Source: Candidatus Parcubacteria bacterium
GTDB lineage: Bacteria; Patescibacteriota; Patescibacteriia; Patescibacteriales; UBA12075
DNA: 64,000 bases
Assembly (NCBI GenBank): GCA_963814275.1
Contig: CAWFCE010000001.1
Location: 259,307 to 323,306 of the forward strand
Direction of reading: 5' to 3'
Under the pieces are notes generated by a model, which was given only the letters and a program-made list of their open reading frames with translations, was not told the DNA's origin and did no database searches. A program made the translations under genes and the position numbers. This document shows positions 26,011 to 36,069 of this stretch, piece by piece. Every line of letters begins with the position of its first letter. The stretch's first letter is position 1.

Positions 26011-26955
26011 ATGAACATAAAACCGATTATTAAACCCATACTAAATAATTTCCCCTTCCTCTACGATTGGCTGAAGCTGGGCACCGGCGGGACGGACAGT
26101 GCCGATTATTGCTACAGCGTCTGGCTGCGGCACCTGGTTATGGTCCGCCAGCATGGCCTCGGCGGCGTGCCGGCAGTGGTGGCGGAGCTGGGCCCGGGCG
26201 ATTCGCTCGGTGTGGGCCTGGCTGCGCTCCTCTGCGGGGTGGAGAAGTACTATGCCCTGGACGTAAAAACCTATGCCAATCCCGAGCGCAACCGGGCAGT
26301 GCTCGAACGCTTGGCCGGTATGTTCGCCGAACGGCACCCAATCCCCGACGCGGGGACATTTCCCTTGATCAAGCCGACCCTCAAGGATTATTCTTTTCCC
26401 CGTTTTTTGTTGCCCAATCCGATCTTCGAACACTCTTTGGATCACGATAATATTGCCGCGTTGCAGAGTGAAGTGGCAGCTGAACCGCCGCCCGGCCAGG
26501 CCCCGCGAATATTCTACCAATCTCCCTGGCAGGATGAATCGGTAATAAAAGAGAATTCAGTCGACCTGGTGGTCGCCCAGGCCGTGCTGGAGCATGTGGA
26601 GGACATTGAAACAACCTACCGTACCCTGGCGCGCTGGCTCAAACCGGGGGCGTATTTGTCGCTTGATATCGATTTCAAATGCCACAATACGACCTGGCGC
26701 TGGAATGGGCACTGGAGCGTGGGGCCGGGATTATGGAAGATCATCCGCGGCCGGCGGGAATGGGGGATCAACCGCGAACCGTGGTCGCGCCACCGCGATG
26801 CGATCCTCAAAGCCGGATTTGAAATTATCGATACCCAGATTGAGACCAGGGACGATGGAATTAAGCGTGAAAATTTGCATCCTGATTTTTCATTTTTGAG
26901 CGACGAGGACGTGCGGGCGGCGGGAGTGTATGTTTTAGCGCGTCGGGAACTATAG
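26011..26955 (+). CDS. Class I SAM-dependent methyltransferase
   Basis: Motif I-like VAELGPGDSLGVGLA and a post-II region LKPGAYLSLD. The gene lies within the sugar-modification cluster. Confidence 0.6.
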   Translation: MNIKPIIKPILNNFPFLYDWLKLGTGGTDSADYCYSVWLRHLVMVRQHGLGGVPAVVAELGPGDSLGVGLAALLCGVEKYYALDVKTYANPERNRAVLERLAGMFAERHPIPDAGTFPLIKPTLKDYSFPRFLLPNPIFEHSLDHDNIAALQSEVAAEPPPGQAPRIFYQSPWQDESVIKENSVDLVVAQAVLEHVEDIETTYRTLARWLKPGAYLSLDIDFKCHNTTWRWNGHWSVGPGLWKIIRGRREWGINREPWSRHRDAILKAGFEIIDTQIETRDDGIKRENLHPDFSFLSDEDVRAAGVYVLARREL

Positions 26956-26971
26956 GCAGAAGTCATTGTAA

Positions 26972-27105
26972 AATAACCAATAACCAAGAAACAATAACCA
27001 AATAAAATCCAAAATCCAATAACCAATAATCAAGCCGTTTGGTTATTCGGCAATTGGTTATTGATTATTGTTTGGTTATTGTATCTTGTATCTTGGTTAT
27101 TAAAT
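26972..27105. repeat. Intergenic word palindrome (aataaccaa / ttggttatt words)
   Basis: Left arm: aaataaccaataaccaagaaacaataaccaaataaaatccaaaatccaataaccaataatcaa. Loop: gccgt. Right arm: ttggttattcggcaattggttattgattattgtttggttattgtatcttgtatcttggttatt. Confidence 0.8.
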
Positions 27106-27119
27106 CCGATGTTATCTGA

Positions 27120-28877
27120 ATGCAAAACCAGTCTCAAAAGCTTAAATTTATAAAATTTTTTATCCGTTTTGCCAATCGTCATGTGACGATCGTTAAATTC
27201 GTGATCAGCGGCGGGGCGGCGGCGGCGACCAACCTGGGCTTGTTGTATGTCTTTACCGATATTTTCGGCGTATATTATCTGGTCTCCGCCTGCCTGTCAT
27301 TCCTGATCGCTTTTTTCGTCAGTTTTTTTCTGCAGAAATACTGGACCTTCCGGGACAAGTCCCGCGACCGGCTCTACTCCCAGATGGCCGTTTATTTCAT
27401 AACAGTCTTCGGCGGGATGCTGGCCAATGCCGGATTGATGTATCTGTCCGTGGAATGGCTCGGCATCTGGTATATGCTCGCCCAGGTCATTGTCGGAGCG
27501 GTTTTGGCGGTCGCGAACTTCCTGGTTTACCGGTTCGTGGTTTTCAAAAAAAGCGGTGATAGCGGGTCTGCGGACAGGGAGCAGCCAGCTGGGAAAAATC
27601 GGATTTTGATCGCTACGCCGATATTCCCGCCGACCATCGGCGGTCCGGCGACATATTCTAAGATATTATGCGAAGAATTGCCGGAGAGAGGATTTGAGGT
27701 GAAAGTGGTTACTTATGGCGAACGGCATGCAGCACGCAGCACGCAACGCACAACACATAACACGCAACACGCAACACACAACACAAAACAAGTTGATAAA
27801 GATACAAGATACAAGATACAAGACACAAATAATCGGGAATATCCCAGTTCTGGTAATGGAGGAGCAAAGGTGGTCGAGATATTTAATAGCGGTAATAAAC
27901 TGGTTAAATACTGGAGGTTTTTTCTGGCTGTTTGGCGTGAGATTCCGAAAGCGGATATTGTGTATATCCAGGACACGGTCAATGCCGGGTTGCCGGCGCG
28001 GCTGGCGTGTCTATTGCGGGACAAGCCGTATATCCTCAAAGTCACCGGCGATTATGCCTGGGAGCATGCCCAGGAATGCCACGGCGTAGCCGATTCGCTG
28101 GATGAATTCCAGAATAAGCACTATAACCGCCGCATCGAGATGGTGCGCAAAACCGGTCAGGCGACAGCGCGGCTGGCGGAGCGGGTAATTACCCCCAGTG
28201 AATATCTCAAAAAGATAGTTAGCGGCTGGGGAGTGGAAAAAAATAAAATAAACGTGGTCTATAATTCCGTTAAACCCGCTAAAACGGAAGAAAATGAAGA
28301 AAAATTGCGGCACCGGCTCTCACTTGCCGGCATGGTCATTATTTCGGTCGGCCGGCTTGTGCCCTGGAAAGGCTTCGGCACCCTGATCGACATGATGCCG
28401 GACCTGCGGCGGAAAATACCGGATATTAGCCTGATCTTGATCGGCGAAGGCCCGGAACAGGCCAGTATTGAAGCGAAGATCGGGCAAAGCGGGGAGAAGG
28501 GCCGGATCAGGTTTATTCCCGGACTGCCCCAGGACGAAATGTGGCAATATCTCAAGGCCTCCGACCTCTTAGTCCTCAATACCGGCTATGAAGGCCTGCC
28601 GCATGTGGTGATCGAGGCGATGATGCTGGGCACGCCGGTCGTAACTACCCGCGTCGGTGGAAATATCGAGGTAATAGAGAATGATAAAAATGGCATATTG
28701 GTAGAATACGATAACCGGGAACAGCTAAAGTCGGCAATTATTGGTATCTTTAATAACCAGGAAAGACGTATGAAGATGGTTAATCAAGCGCAAGCGGATA
28801 CGGGGAAATTCAGCAGAGAGAAGATGATCCGTGAAACAGTTGATATTTTTGAGCGAAAGGAAGCCAGTAATTTCTAA
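27120..28877 (+). CDS. GtrA-like membrane domain fused to a family-4 glycosyltransferase
   Basis: N-terminal FVISGGAAAATNLGLLYVFTDIFG...FFLQKYWTFRD (GtrA) followed by a GT-B domain (RILIATPIFPPTIGGPATY ... YEGLPHVVIEAMMLGTPVVTTRVGGNIEVI). The ORF contains an in-frame low-complexity insert encoded by intergenic-type word repeats (27729-27826). Confidence 0.75.
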   Translation: MQNQSQKLKFIKFFIRFANRHVTIVKFVISGGAAAATNLGLLYVFTDIFGVYYLVSACLSFLIAFFVSFFLQKYWTFRDKSRDRLYSQMAVYFITVFGGMLANAGLMYLSVEWLGIWYMLAQVIVGAVLAVANFLVYRFVVFKKSGDSGSADREQPAGKNRILIATPIFPPTIGGPATYSKILCEELPERGFEVKVVTYGERHAARSTQRTTHNTQHATHNTKQVDKDTRYKIQDTNNREYPSSGNGGAKVVEIFNSGNKLVKYWRFFLAVWREIPKADIVYIQDTVNAGLPARLACLLRDKPYILKVTGDYAWEHAQECHGVADSLDEFQNKHYNRRIEMVRKTGQATARLAERVITPSEYLKKIVSGWGVEKNKINVVYNSVKPAKTEENEEKLRHRLSLAGMVIISVGRLVPWKGFGTLIDMMPDLRRKIPDISLILIGEGPEQASIEAKIGQSGEKGRIRFIPGLPQDEMWQYLKASDLLVLNTGYEGLPHVVIEAMMLGTPVVTTRVGGNIEVIENDKNGILVEYDNREQLKSAIIGIFNNQERRMKMVNQAQADTGKFSREKMIRETVDIFERKEASNF

Positions 28878-29053
28878 ATAGAGATCCGAGGTTTTTGGAA
28901 TAGTTTGATTAATTCTATCGAATTTTGAATCATGCTACCGAACTTCAGTTCGGGTTCGTCGTATGATCCGGCGGGCTAAAGTCCGCGAGACCCCGGTTGA
29001 AACCGGGTAGAAATATACTTAGGTCTGCAATTAGAAATTTTCAATATTTTACC

Positions 29054-30166
29054 ATGAACGAAATCACCAAGAAAAACGTATTATTTATCAGTACCAAGGA
29101 TTATGACTTGGATAAGAATGATCCGGACTTGGAAAAGAAATTCCGCGGCTTGTCCGAAAGGATGAATGTTTATATCCTGGCGCGGGGCCATGGCCGGCAT
29201 GGCCGGAAATACGGGGTGGAATTCTTTTTGACTCCGAAATATGGTACGGTTATCTGGATAATAATGTCATTGATCCGCGGATTGATTGTTGTTCGGGAGC
29301 TTAAAATAGATGTTATCATTTGCCAGGCGCCGCTTTTCGATGGGTTTGTCGGCGCCTGCCTTAAGCTATTTACGGGCAGGAAATTAGTGGTCGAAGCGCA
29401 TTCCGATTGGATCAAGAGTTTGTTCTTCCAACACAAAATTCCTTTTCCCGGGTTGGCGGAAGCCGTTTTCATCCGTCTGGCGAGATTCTCTTTGATGCGG
29501 TCGGATACCGTGCGGACAGTATCACATACCCTTTCGAAACAAGTTAAAGTCTATGCGCCGAATTCCAACATTATCGAGTTTCCCGCTTTTATCGATACGG
29601 AGCTGTTTCGACCCGACGGTCCGGATGTCTGGCAGCCGAAGATCCTCTATGCCGGCGTACTGTACCGCCTGAAAGGCGTGCAGTATTTGATCGAAGCGTT
29701 CGGAGAGATCGCTAAGCGTTATCCGGAGTTTACCCTGGTGATCGCCGGCGACGGTCCGTACCGGCCAACGCTGGAAGCGGCCGCCCGCCGACAGAAGCAC
29801 GCGAAGATAGAATATATCGGTTGGCTTGATCGGCCGGCGTTAAAAAAAGAAATGTCAGAATGTACTTGTCTGGTCCTGCCCTCGCTTTCTGAAGGGTTGG
29901 GATTGGTGCTGATCGAGGCGGCGTCATTGGGCAAGCCGCTCGTCGGCAGCGATACCGGAGGAATTCCGGAAGTGATCAATGACGGCGTAAACGGCTTTCT
30001 GGTCGAACCGGGAAACGTCAAGCAGTTGACGCAGGCGATCATTAAGATTATCAGCGACCGGAAACTGGCGCGGGCAATGGGGGAAGCGGGCAAAAAGCTG
30101 GTCCGGGATAAATTCGCACTTGACAAATATTTTGAAAATTATTTTAAAATGGTGGATAATTTATAA
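29054..30166 (+). CDS. Glycosyltransferase family 4
   Basis: SEGLGLVLIEAASLGKPLVGSDTGGIPEVI motif. The ATG at 29054 (MNEITKKNVLFIS) is preferred over the upstream TTG. Confidence 0.85.
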   Translation: MNEITKKNVLFISTKDYDLDKNDPDLEKKFRGLSERMNVYILARGHGRHGRKYGVEFFLTPKYGTVIWIIMSLIRGLIVVRELKIDVIICQAPLFDGFVGACLKLFTGRKLVVEAHSDWIKSLFFQHKIPFPGLAEAVFIRLARFSLMRSDTVRTVSHTLSKQVKVYAPNSNIIEFPAFIDTELFRPDGPDVWQPKILYAGVLYRLKGVQYLIEAFGEIAKRYPEFTLVIAGDGPYRPTLEAAARRQKHAKIEYIGWLDRPALKKEMSECTCLVLPSLSEGLGLVLIEAASLGKPLVGSDTGGIPEVINDGVNGFLVEPGNVKQLTQAIIKIISDRKLARAMGEAGKKLVRDKFALDKYFENYFKMVDNL

Positions 30167-30274
30167 TATCAAGACACGAGAACACGCTTTTTCATTTCTA
30201 TAGTGGCTATTCGCAGTTTTTCAAATATTAATCTTTTGTCCGCTGATTTTACGCGGAAATATTATCGTAATAAT

Positions 30275-30658
30275 ATGAAAATTATTATAAGTAAGAGCCA
30301 GTTGAGCGAGGCGCCGGAGGTATTTATGCGGCGGGCCGGTTATGCGTATTTGCGGGATCGGCATACCGGCCAGGATAGTTTTGTCCGCCGTTTGTCCGGT
30401 AATTTTTATCCGCGTTTTCATGTTTATCTCGTACACATGGGTGAGAATGTTATTTTCAACCTGCACCTGGACCAGAAAAAACCCAGCTACGACGGTATGA
30501 ACGCCCATAGCGGCGAATACGACAGCGAAATCGTAAAGAGCGAAGCGGCGCGGATAAGGTCGTTGATCGGGGAGCGGAGAACGGGAATCGGAGAGCGGGA
30601 ATCGGGGAGTAATAAGAAAAGCGAGGATAAAAAACCGTGGTGGAAGATATTTTCTTAA
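30275..30658 (+). CDS. Hypothetical protein
   Basis: 127-aa ORF starting MKIIISKSQL. The last about 25 codons run into gggaatcgg word repeats. Confidence 0.45.
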   Translation: MKIIISKSQLSEAPEVFMRRAGYAYLRDRHTGQDSFVRRLSGNFYPRFHVYLVHMGENVIFNLHLDQKKPSYDGMNAHSGEYDSEIVKSEAARIRSLIGERRTGIGERESGSNKKSEDKKPWWKIFS

Positions 30659-30670
30659 ACAGAAAATAAT

Positions 30671-30812
30671 TTTTAATTTTGTAATTTTTAATTTTGTAAA
30701 TAATCTCATAATTTTAAATGTTTCAAACCACCCTATTTTTCGTCCTGTTTAAATATTCGAATTTAAAAGTTATAATTATTTAAAAATTACAAAATTACAA
30801 AATTAAAAATTT
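30671..30812. repeat. Intergenic word palindrome (ttttaattttgtaa / ttacaaaattaaaa)
   Basis: Left arm ttttaattttgtaatttttaattttgtaaat; right arm aaaaattacaaaattacaaaattaaaaattt. Confidence 0.8.
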
Positions 30813-30889
30813 AAGAGCTTGCCCCCGAAATTTATTTCTTTATTAAAAAATTAATAGATCGAAATTATAAATTATCAAAAATCTCTATT

Positions 30890-31432
30890 ATGTCCCTTAA
30901 TTTCATTACCGGCAACGAAAACAAATTTCGGGAAGCGCAGATGTTTATTCCGGATCTGACGATGCTTAAGATCGATCTGACCGAGATCCAGTCGCTTGAC
31001 CCCAAGGTGATCATCGCCGCCAAGCTTACGGAGGCTTACGCCCATAATACGGGGGAACTTATTGTCGAGGATACATCCCTGCATCTTGACGCCTTGAACG
31101 GGTTGCCCGGCCCGCTTATCAAATGGTTTCTCGAAACAGTCGGAAATGAAGGGCTGGCCAAGATCGCTTTGCGCGACGGCCGCGTGGCCGCGGTCGCCCG
31201 GACAGTGATCGGCTACGCCAAAAGCGAAACGGAACATTACTTTTTTGAAGGAATGCTCAAGGGCACGATCGTAGAACCCCGGGGCAAAAGCGAATTCGGC
31301 TGGGATCCGATATTCCAGCCCTATGGCGAAAAACAAACCCTGGCGGAAATGGGGATAGCGGCGAAAAACGAGATCAGTATGCGCAGCGTCGCCTTAAGGA
31401 AGCTCAAGGAATTCTTCGCCGCCAGCCAGTAA
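30890..31432 (+). CDS. rdgB: Non-canonical purine NTP pyrophosphatase (RdgB/HAM1/ITPase family)
   Basis: FITGNENKFRE, EDTSL..DALNGLPGP..KWF, and FGWDPIFQP. Confidence 0.9.
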   Translation: MSLNFITGNENKFREAQMFIPDLTMLKIDLTEIQSLDPKVIIAAKLTEAYAHNTGELIVEDTSLHLDALNGLPGPLIKWFLETVGNEGLAKIALRDGRVAAVARTVIGYAKSETEHYFFEGMLKGTIVEPRGKSEFGWDPIFQPYGEKQTLAEMGIAAKNEISMRSVALRKLKEFFAASQ

Positions 31433-31498
31433 AGAGGCAAGGTATAAGAAACAAGATACAAACGTTTTAATATTTCTGTCAATTGTCAAAAGTCGATT

Positions 31499-33358
31499 AT
31501 GCAACCCTCCGAAGAGATCAAGCAAAAATTGGATATAGTGGACGTGATCCGCGAATACATCCCCCTCAAAGCGGCGGGGATGAATTTTCGCGCGATCTGC
31601 CCCTTTCACCGGGAGAAAAGCCCGTCTTTCATGGTCAGTCCCGATAAGCAGATCTGGCATTGTTTCGGCTGCAGCAAGGGCGGCGACATCTTCAGCTTCG
31701 TCCAGGAGATCGAAGGGGTCGATTTTGTCGAAGCCCTGCGCATATTGGCGCCCAAGGCGGGGGTTGTATTGACGCGCCAGGACCCCAAGCTCCAGAGCCG
31801 GCGCAACCGCGTGCTTGATGTCCTGGAATTGGCCCGGAAATATTATCACCGGACATTGATGGACGCGCCCGCGGCCAAGTCCGCGCGCGAGTATCTCGCG
31901 CGCCGGGGACTCAAAGAGGATACGATCGAGCTGTGGCAGATCGGCTATAGCCCCGACTCCTGGGATCTGACCGGCAACTTCCTGCGCGGCAAAGGTTTCA
32001 ATGACCAGGAGCTGTTCCTGGCCGGCATGACAGCCAAATCCGACACCAGCTCGCGGTATTATGACCGTTTCCGCGGACGGATCATGTTCCCGATCAATGA
32101 CGTTAACGGCAATACCGCCGCGTTTTCCGCCCGAGTCAGTCCGGAAAAGGAGGCAACGGAAAAAATGGGCAAATACATAAATTCGCCGCAGACGATCGTA
32201 TACGACAAAAGCAAGATACTGTTCGGTCTGGATAAGGCGAAACTCCAGATAAAACAGCAGGATCGGGCGATAATCGTCGAGGGGCAGATGGATGTGATAA
32301 CCGCCCATCAGGCCGGCTTTGCCAACGTGATCGCAAGTTCGGGTACGGCCTTGACCGCCGACCAGATCCAGATACTTAAGCGCTATAGCCAGAACATTGC
32401 CTTGTCTTTCGATATGGATGCCGCCGGCGCCATGGCGGCCGACCGTGGAATCCGCGAGGCGATGCGGGCGGAAATGAGCATCAGCGTTATCGAGGTGCCA
32501 AGCGGCAAGGATCCGGACGAGTGTATCCGTGAGAATCCGGCTGGCTGGCGCATGGCTGTGGATAAGGCTAAACCGATGATGCAGTATTATTTCGACCGGG
32601 TCTTTTCGTCCCTGGATACCGAGCGCGTCGATGACCGCCGCCAGGCAGCCAAGGAACTACTGCCGATAATCGTACGGCTGGGGAACCGGATCGAGCAGGA
32701 CTTTTGGCTGAAAACCCTGAGCCAGCAAATTGACGTACAGGAAACTTTGCTGAGAGAAGCTATCAGCCAAGCCGCATCCAAGGAAAAACCGGCACCGGAA
32801 GCCGCAGAACAGAATGAAAAAGCTTCCGCCCCCAAAAGCCGTGAAGAAAAAATGAGCGAATTGCTTTTGGCCCTGGTTTTCAAATTTCCCGAATTGTTCG
32901 AATATATACTGCAAAATATCCAAATTGAGCATATTCAGGGGGATGTCAGCCAGGCCCTTTACAGGAATTTATTATTTTATTATAATAAAATCAACAGTAA
33001 AAATAACGACGAACCGTCCGGTTTGCCGGTTTTGAATTACCAAACCTTTAAACAGTGGCTAAAAGACGCTATTCCCACGCAAAATGGGGCAAAAACCAAC
33101 GACAGCCAGTTAAAAACGTTAGATCGACTGGTTTTTTTAGCTGAGAAAGAATATTCGGAAATTGAGCTAAATTCAGCTAAATTGGAAGTTGCCCGAATGG
33201 TAGGCGAATTGAAAAAAAATCGGTTGGCAAGGCGTATGAGAGAGATTGAGCGCCAGGTTGCCGCCATCGAACACCAGGGGAACAAGGATGATAGTCTGCC
33301 CCTAATGGAGGAGCTTAAGTATCTGTCCGAGGAAATAAGGGGATTGTCCCAAGATTAA
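31499..33358 (+). CDS. dnaG: DNA primase
   Basis: Zinc ribbon CPFHREKSPSFMVSPDKQIWHCFGCSKGGD, a primase core, and TOPRIM (IIVEGQMDVI). Adjacent to rpoD as in the classical operon. Confidence 0.95.
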   Translation: MQPSEEIKQKLDIVDVIREYIPLKAAGMNFRAICPFHREKSPSFMVSPDKQIWHCFGCSKGGDIFSFVQEIEGVDFVEALRILAPKAGVVLTRQDPKLQSRRNRVLDVLELARKYYHRTLMDAPAAKSAREYLARRGLKEDTIELWQIGYSPDSWDLTGNFLRGKGFNDQELFLAGMTAKSDTSSRYYDRFRGRIMFPINDVNGNTAAFSARVSPEKEATEKMGKYINSPQTIVYDKSKILFGLDKAKLQIKQQDRAIIVEGQMDVITAHQAGFANVIASSGTALTADQIQILKRYSQNIALSFDMDAAGAMAADRGIREAMRAEMSISVIEVPSGKDPDECIRENPAGWRMAVDKAKPMMQYYFDRVFSSLDTERVDDRRQAAKELLPIIVRLGNRIEQDFWLKTLSQQIDVQETLLREAISQAASKEKPAPEAAEQNEKASAPKSREEKMSELLLALVFKFPELFEYILQNIQIEHIQGDVSQALYRNLLFYYNKINSKNNDEPSGLPVLNYQTFKQWLKDAIPTQNGAKTNDSQLKTLDRLVFLAEKEYSEIELNSAKLEVARMVGELKKNRLARRMREIERQVAAIEHQGNKDDSLPLMEELKYLSEEIRGLSQD

Positions 33359-33492
33359 AATAAATTATTTTACCAAAATAAACATCCTCATTTTGATAAA
33401 AACATTGAGCGAAAATTATTTTACGGGCGTACTCATAAATTGCAATAATAGTATTTTTAAATATAATTTTTTATTTTATAAAAGCTAACATA

Positions 33493-34761
33493 ATGCCTGC
33501 GAAAAAAATAACCAAAAAAGCGGCACCCAGGAAGAAGCCGGCCAAGAAACCGGTAACCAAGAAGGCGACAGCGAAGAAGAAGCCAATTGCCAAAAATACG
33601 ACAGCGAAGAAGAAGCCAATTGCCAAGAAGACACCGGCACGGAAAGCGGAGCCGATAGAGCCGCGGGAAATCGTCCATCCGACCGAGAGCCAGATCAAGA
33701 ATTTGCTCGTCAAGGGCCGGTCGCGCGGTTTCGTTACCGAAACCGAGCTTTTATATATATTCCCGGAAGTCGAGGAGTATGTTTTCGAGTACGAATTATT
33801 CCTGGAGGACCTGCAGAAAAACGCTATCCAGATCATCGAAGATACCGGCCGGATACTTGACCTGGAGGAAAGGAAAGACAAGAACGAAACCGTCGTCAAT
33901 ATCCTTAAGGGCGACCTGACCGACCTGTCGAAGCTGTCTTCCGATTCGATCCAGATGTACCTGAAGGAGATCGGTAAAGTACCGCTGCTCAATTCCCTGG
34001 AGGAGGTCGAGCTGGCCAAACGCAAGGAAAAGGGCGATAAGGAAGCGGAACGGAAGCTGATCGAAGCCAATCTTCGGCTGGTTGTCTCAATCGCCAAAAA
34101 GTTCACCGGCGCCAAAGGCCTGTCCCTGCTGGACCTGATCCAGGAAGGCAATATCGGACTGTTCCGGGCGGTGGAAAAATTCGAATACCGCAAAGGCTAT
34201 AAATTCTCGACCTATGCCACCTGGTGGATCCGCCAGGCGATCACCCGCGCCCTGGCCGACCAGTCGCGCACGATCCGCATTCCGGTCCATATGGTGGAAA
34301 CGATCAACAAGTTCCAGCAGATCCAGCGCCAGCTGATCCAGGACCTGGGGCGCGAACCGCTGCCGGAGGAGATTTCGGCGGAAATGGGGGAGGAGATCGA
34401 CAAAGTGCGCCACATCATCAAAATTTCCCAGGATACGATATCCCTCGAAACGACCGTGGGCGAGGATGAGGAAGATTCGACGCTCGAGGATTTCATCGAG
34501 GACGTGAAGAACGTGACGCCGGACCGCTCGGCCGCCCTGCAGCTGCTGAAAGATTATGTCAAGGAAGTGATCACCCAATTGAGCCCGCGCGAGCAGAAGA
34601 TCCTGGAGATGCGCTTCGGCCTGGAGGACGGTGTCGCCCATACGCTCGAGGAAGTGGGCCGCGAGTTCGACGTGACCCGCGAACGCATCCGCCAGATAGA
34701 AGCCAAGGCCCTGGAGAAGATCCAGAAGCACGAAGGCATCCAAAAGCTGAGGGATTACTAA
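33493..34761 (+). CDS. rpoD: Primary RNA polymerase sigma factor (sigma-70)
   Basis: Region 2 ([18 protein letters not shown]) and region 4 ([24 protein letters not shown]). The Lys/Ala/Pro-rich N-terminus is encoded by a 33-bp direct repeat. Confidence 0.95.
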   Translation: MPAKKITKKAAPRKKPAKKPVTKKATAKKKPIAKNTTAKKKPIAKKTPARKAEPIEPREIVHPTESQIKNLLVKGRSRGFVTETELLYIFPEVEEYVFEYELFLEDLQKNAIQIIEDTGRILDLEERKDKNETVVNILKGDLTDLSKLSSDSIQMYLKEIGKVPLLNSLEEVELAKRKEKGDKEAERKLIEANLRLVVSIAKKFTGAKGLSLLDLIQEGNIGLFRAVEKFEYRKGYKFSTYATWWIRQAITRALADQSRTIRIPVHMVETINKFQQIQRQLIQDLGREPLPEEISAEMGEEIDKVRHIIKISQDTISLETTVGEDEEDSTLEDFIEDVKNVTPDRSAALQLLKDYVKEVITQLSPREQKILEMRFGLEDGVAHTLEEVGREFDVTRERIRQIEAKALEKIQKHEGIQKLRDY

Positions 34762-34852
34762 ATATTAATATAACCAAAATATTCAAATATCCCCGCGGTC
34801 TTTCCGCGGGGTTTTTAAATAAAAATGTCAAAGGGCATCGTTATGATGCCCT

Positions 34853-35203
34853 TTAAGAAATTGGAACAGGAAGTTTCTGATTGTATTGTTTGCTTTTTCT
34901 CTTATAGTATAAGTCGGCGGCATTTGAAAGGATAAATTTTTTATCCTCCAGGTTGAATTCGGAAAATTCGGGGAATTTAAAACGGATATATCGACTAATC
35001 AGTCGAGTAGCTGCAGCCAGGTAATAATTTTCTTTACCATTGTCGACGAGGAACAAGCAAGGTTTTCTTCTGAGTAATTCGATAATAAACATTATTTTCT
35101 TTTCCGGAATATTCTGGACAAGCATTGCATTATGAAAGTCGATCAGCTGATCTTTTAAGTGGTCAATATATTCTTCCGGCCTATGGTTTTTCAAATGAAC
35201 CAC
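34853..35203 (-). CDS. Hypothetical protein
   Basis: 116-aa ORF, AT-rich, with AAGGAGG immediately upstream. The precise start (GTG or TTG) is uncertain. Confidence 0.4.
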   Translation of the reverse strand: MVHLKNHRPEEYIDHLKDQLIDFHNAMLVQNIPEKKIMFIIELLRRKPCLFLVDNGKENYYLAAATRLISRYIRFKFPEFSEFNLEDKKFILSNAADLYYKRKSKQYNQKLPVPIS

Positions 35204-35507
35204 CTCCTTTTTTTATTTGTTTGTTATTATTATTTAATATTATTTTATCAAATATCAAATAATAAGTCACGTTATATATTTTTCATTAAGTATTTTATAT
35301 TATACAATTCCTTTATATTCAATTAATATTGTCTAATAATAGTAAATATTTGGTTAGCCACTCTTGACTAAAATTAATGTTTTATTTACAATATTAGTAC
35401 TGCCAATACGGCAGATTTGTTTTGTTAATCAAAGTTTCAGATTAATAATAAATCGAAAATCGAAAGTTATATTTCCCGGGTAGCGCAGCGGTAGCGCAGT
35501 TGGCTGT

Positions 35508-36069
35508 GAACACACGTTCCCTTTTATTTTTGCTATAATAAATTTATGGGCAAAGATAAAAGAAAATACGCCGATCGTGCAGAATATCTGAAACAAGCGG
35601 TCGCCAAACGCCGTAAGAAAATACGACAAATGGCAATCGAGTATAAAGGCAGCCGATGTGCGATATGCGGTTATAATAAATGCATTCAGGCTTTAGAATT
35701 CCATCATATCGATGGAAGAGGCAAAGATTTCGGCATTTCCGCTAAAGGTTATACCAGAAGCTGGAAAGAAGTAAAATCAGAAATCAATAAATGTATTTTA
35801 TTATGCGCAAATTGCCATCGCGAAGTGCACGAAAGCATAACGCAGCTTCCATGAGCGATCATGGTCGAATAACGAGGTGAATTGTCTGGAAGCCTAAGTT
35901 CCGATTTGTCGGAATAAGGTAATCAGCAGCCAAGTCCCGAGTAATCGGGAAAGGTTCAGAGACTATCCTGAAAAGGAGTAGGCCGTAAGCATCGGCCGAA
36001 GCGCCTCGCGCCCCGCACTTGCGGGGTGATGATATAGTCCACGCCTTAAGGAAACTTAAGGATTACGTG
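35508..36069 (+). ncRNA. Group I (IA-like) self-splicing intron in the tRNA-Asn anticodon loop
   Basis: Conserved core strings: GAATTGTCTGGAAG (P-like, 35879-35892), AATCAGCAGCCAAGTCC (Q region, 35921-35937), GTTCAGAGACTA (R, 35954-35965) and GATATAGTCC (S, 36031-36040). Candidate helices: P3 CGAGGTG/CGCCTCG, P6 CCCGA-GTAA-TCGGG, P7 GACTA/TAGTC, P7.1 TCCT-GAAA-AGGA, P7.2 GGCCG/CGGCC, P8 CCCCGC-ACTT-GCGGGG and P9 CCTTAAG-GAAA-CTTAAGG. The 5' splice site follows a U and the intron ends in G. Confidence 0.8.
35546..35854 (+). CDS. HNH homing endonuclease encoded inside the intron
   Basis: CAICGYNKC...LEFHHIDGRGKD...ILLCANCHREVHE is an HNH/zinc-finger motif. The ORF lies between the 5' splice site and the ribozyme core. 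Confidence 0.85.
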   Translation: MGKDKRKYADRAEYLKQAVAKRRKKIRQMAIEYKGSRCAICGYNKCIQALEFHHIDGRGKDFGISAKGYTRSWKEVKSEINKCILLCANCHREVHESITQLP

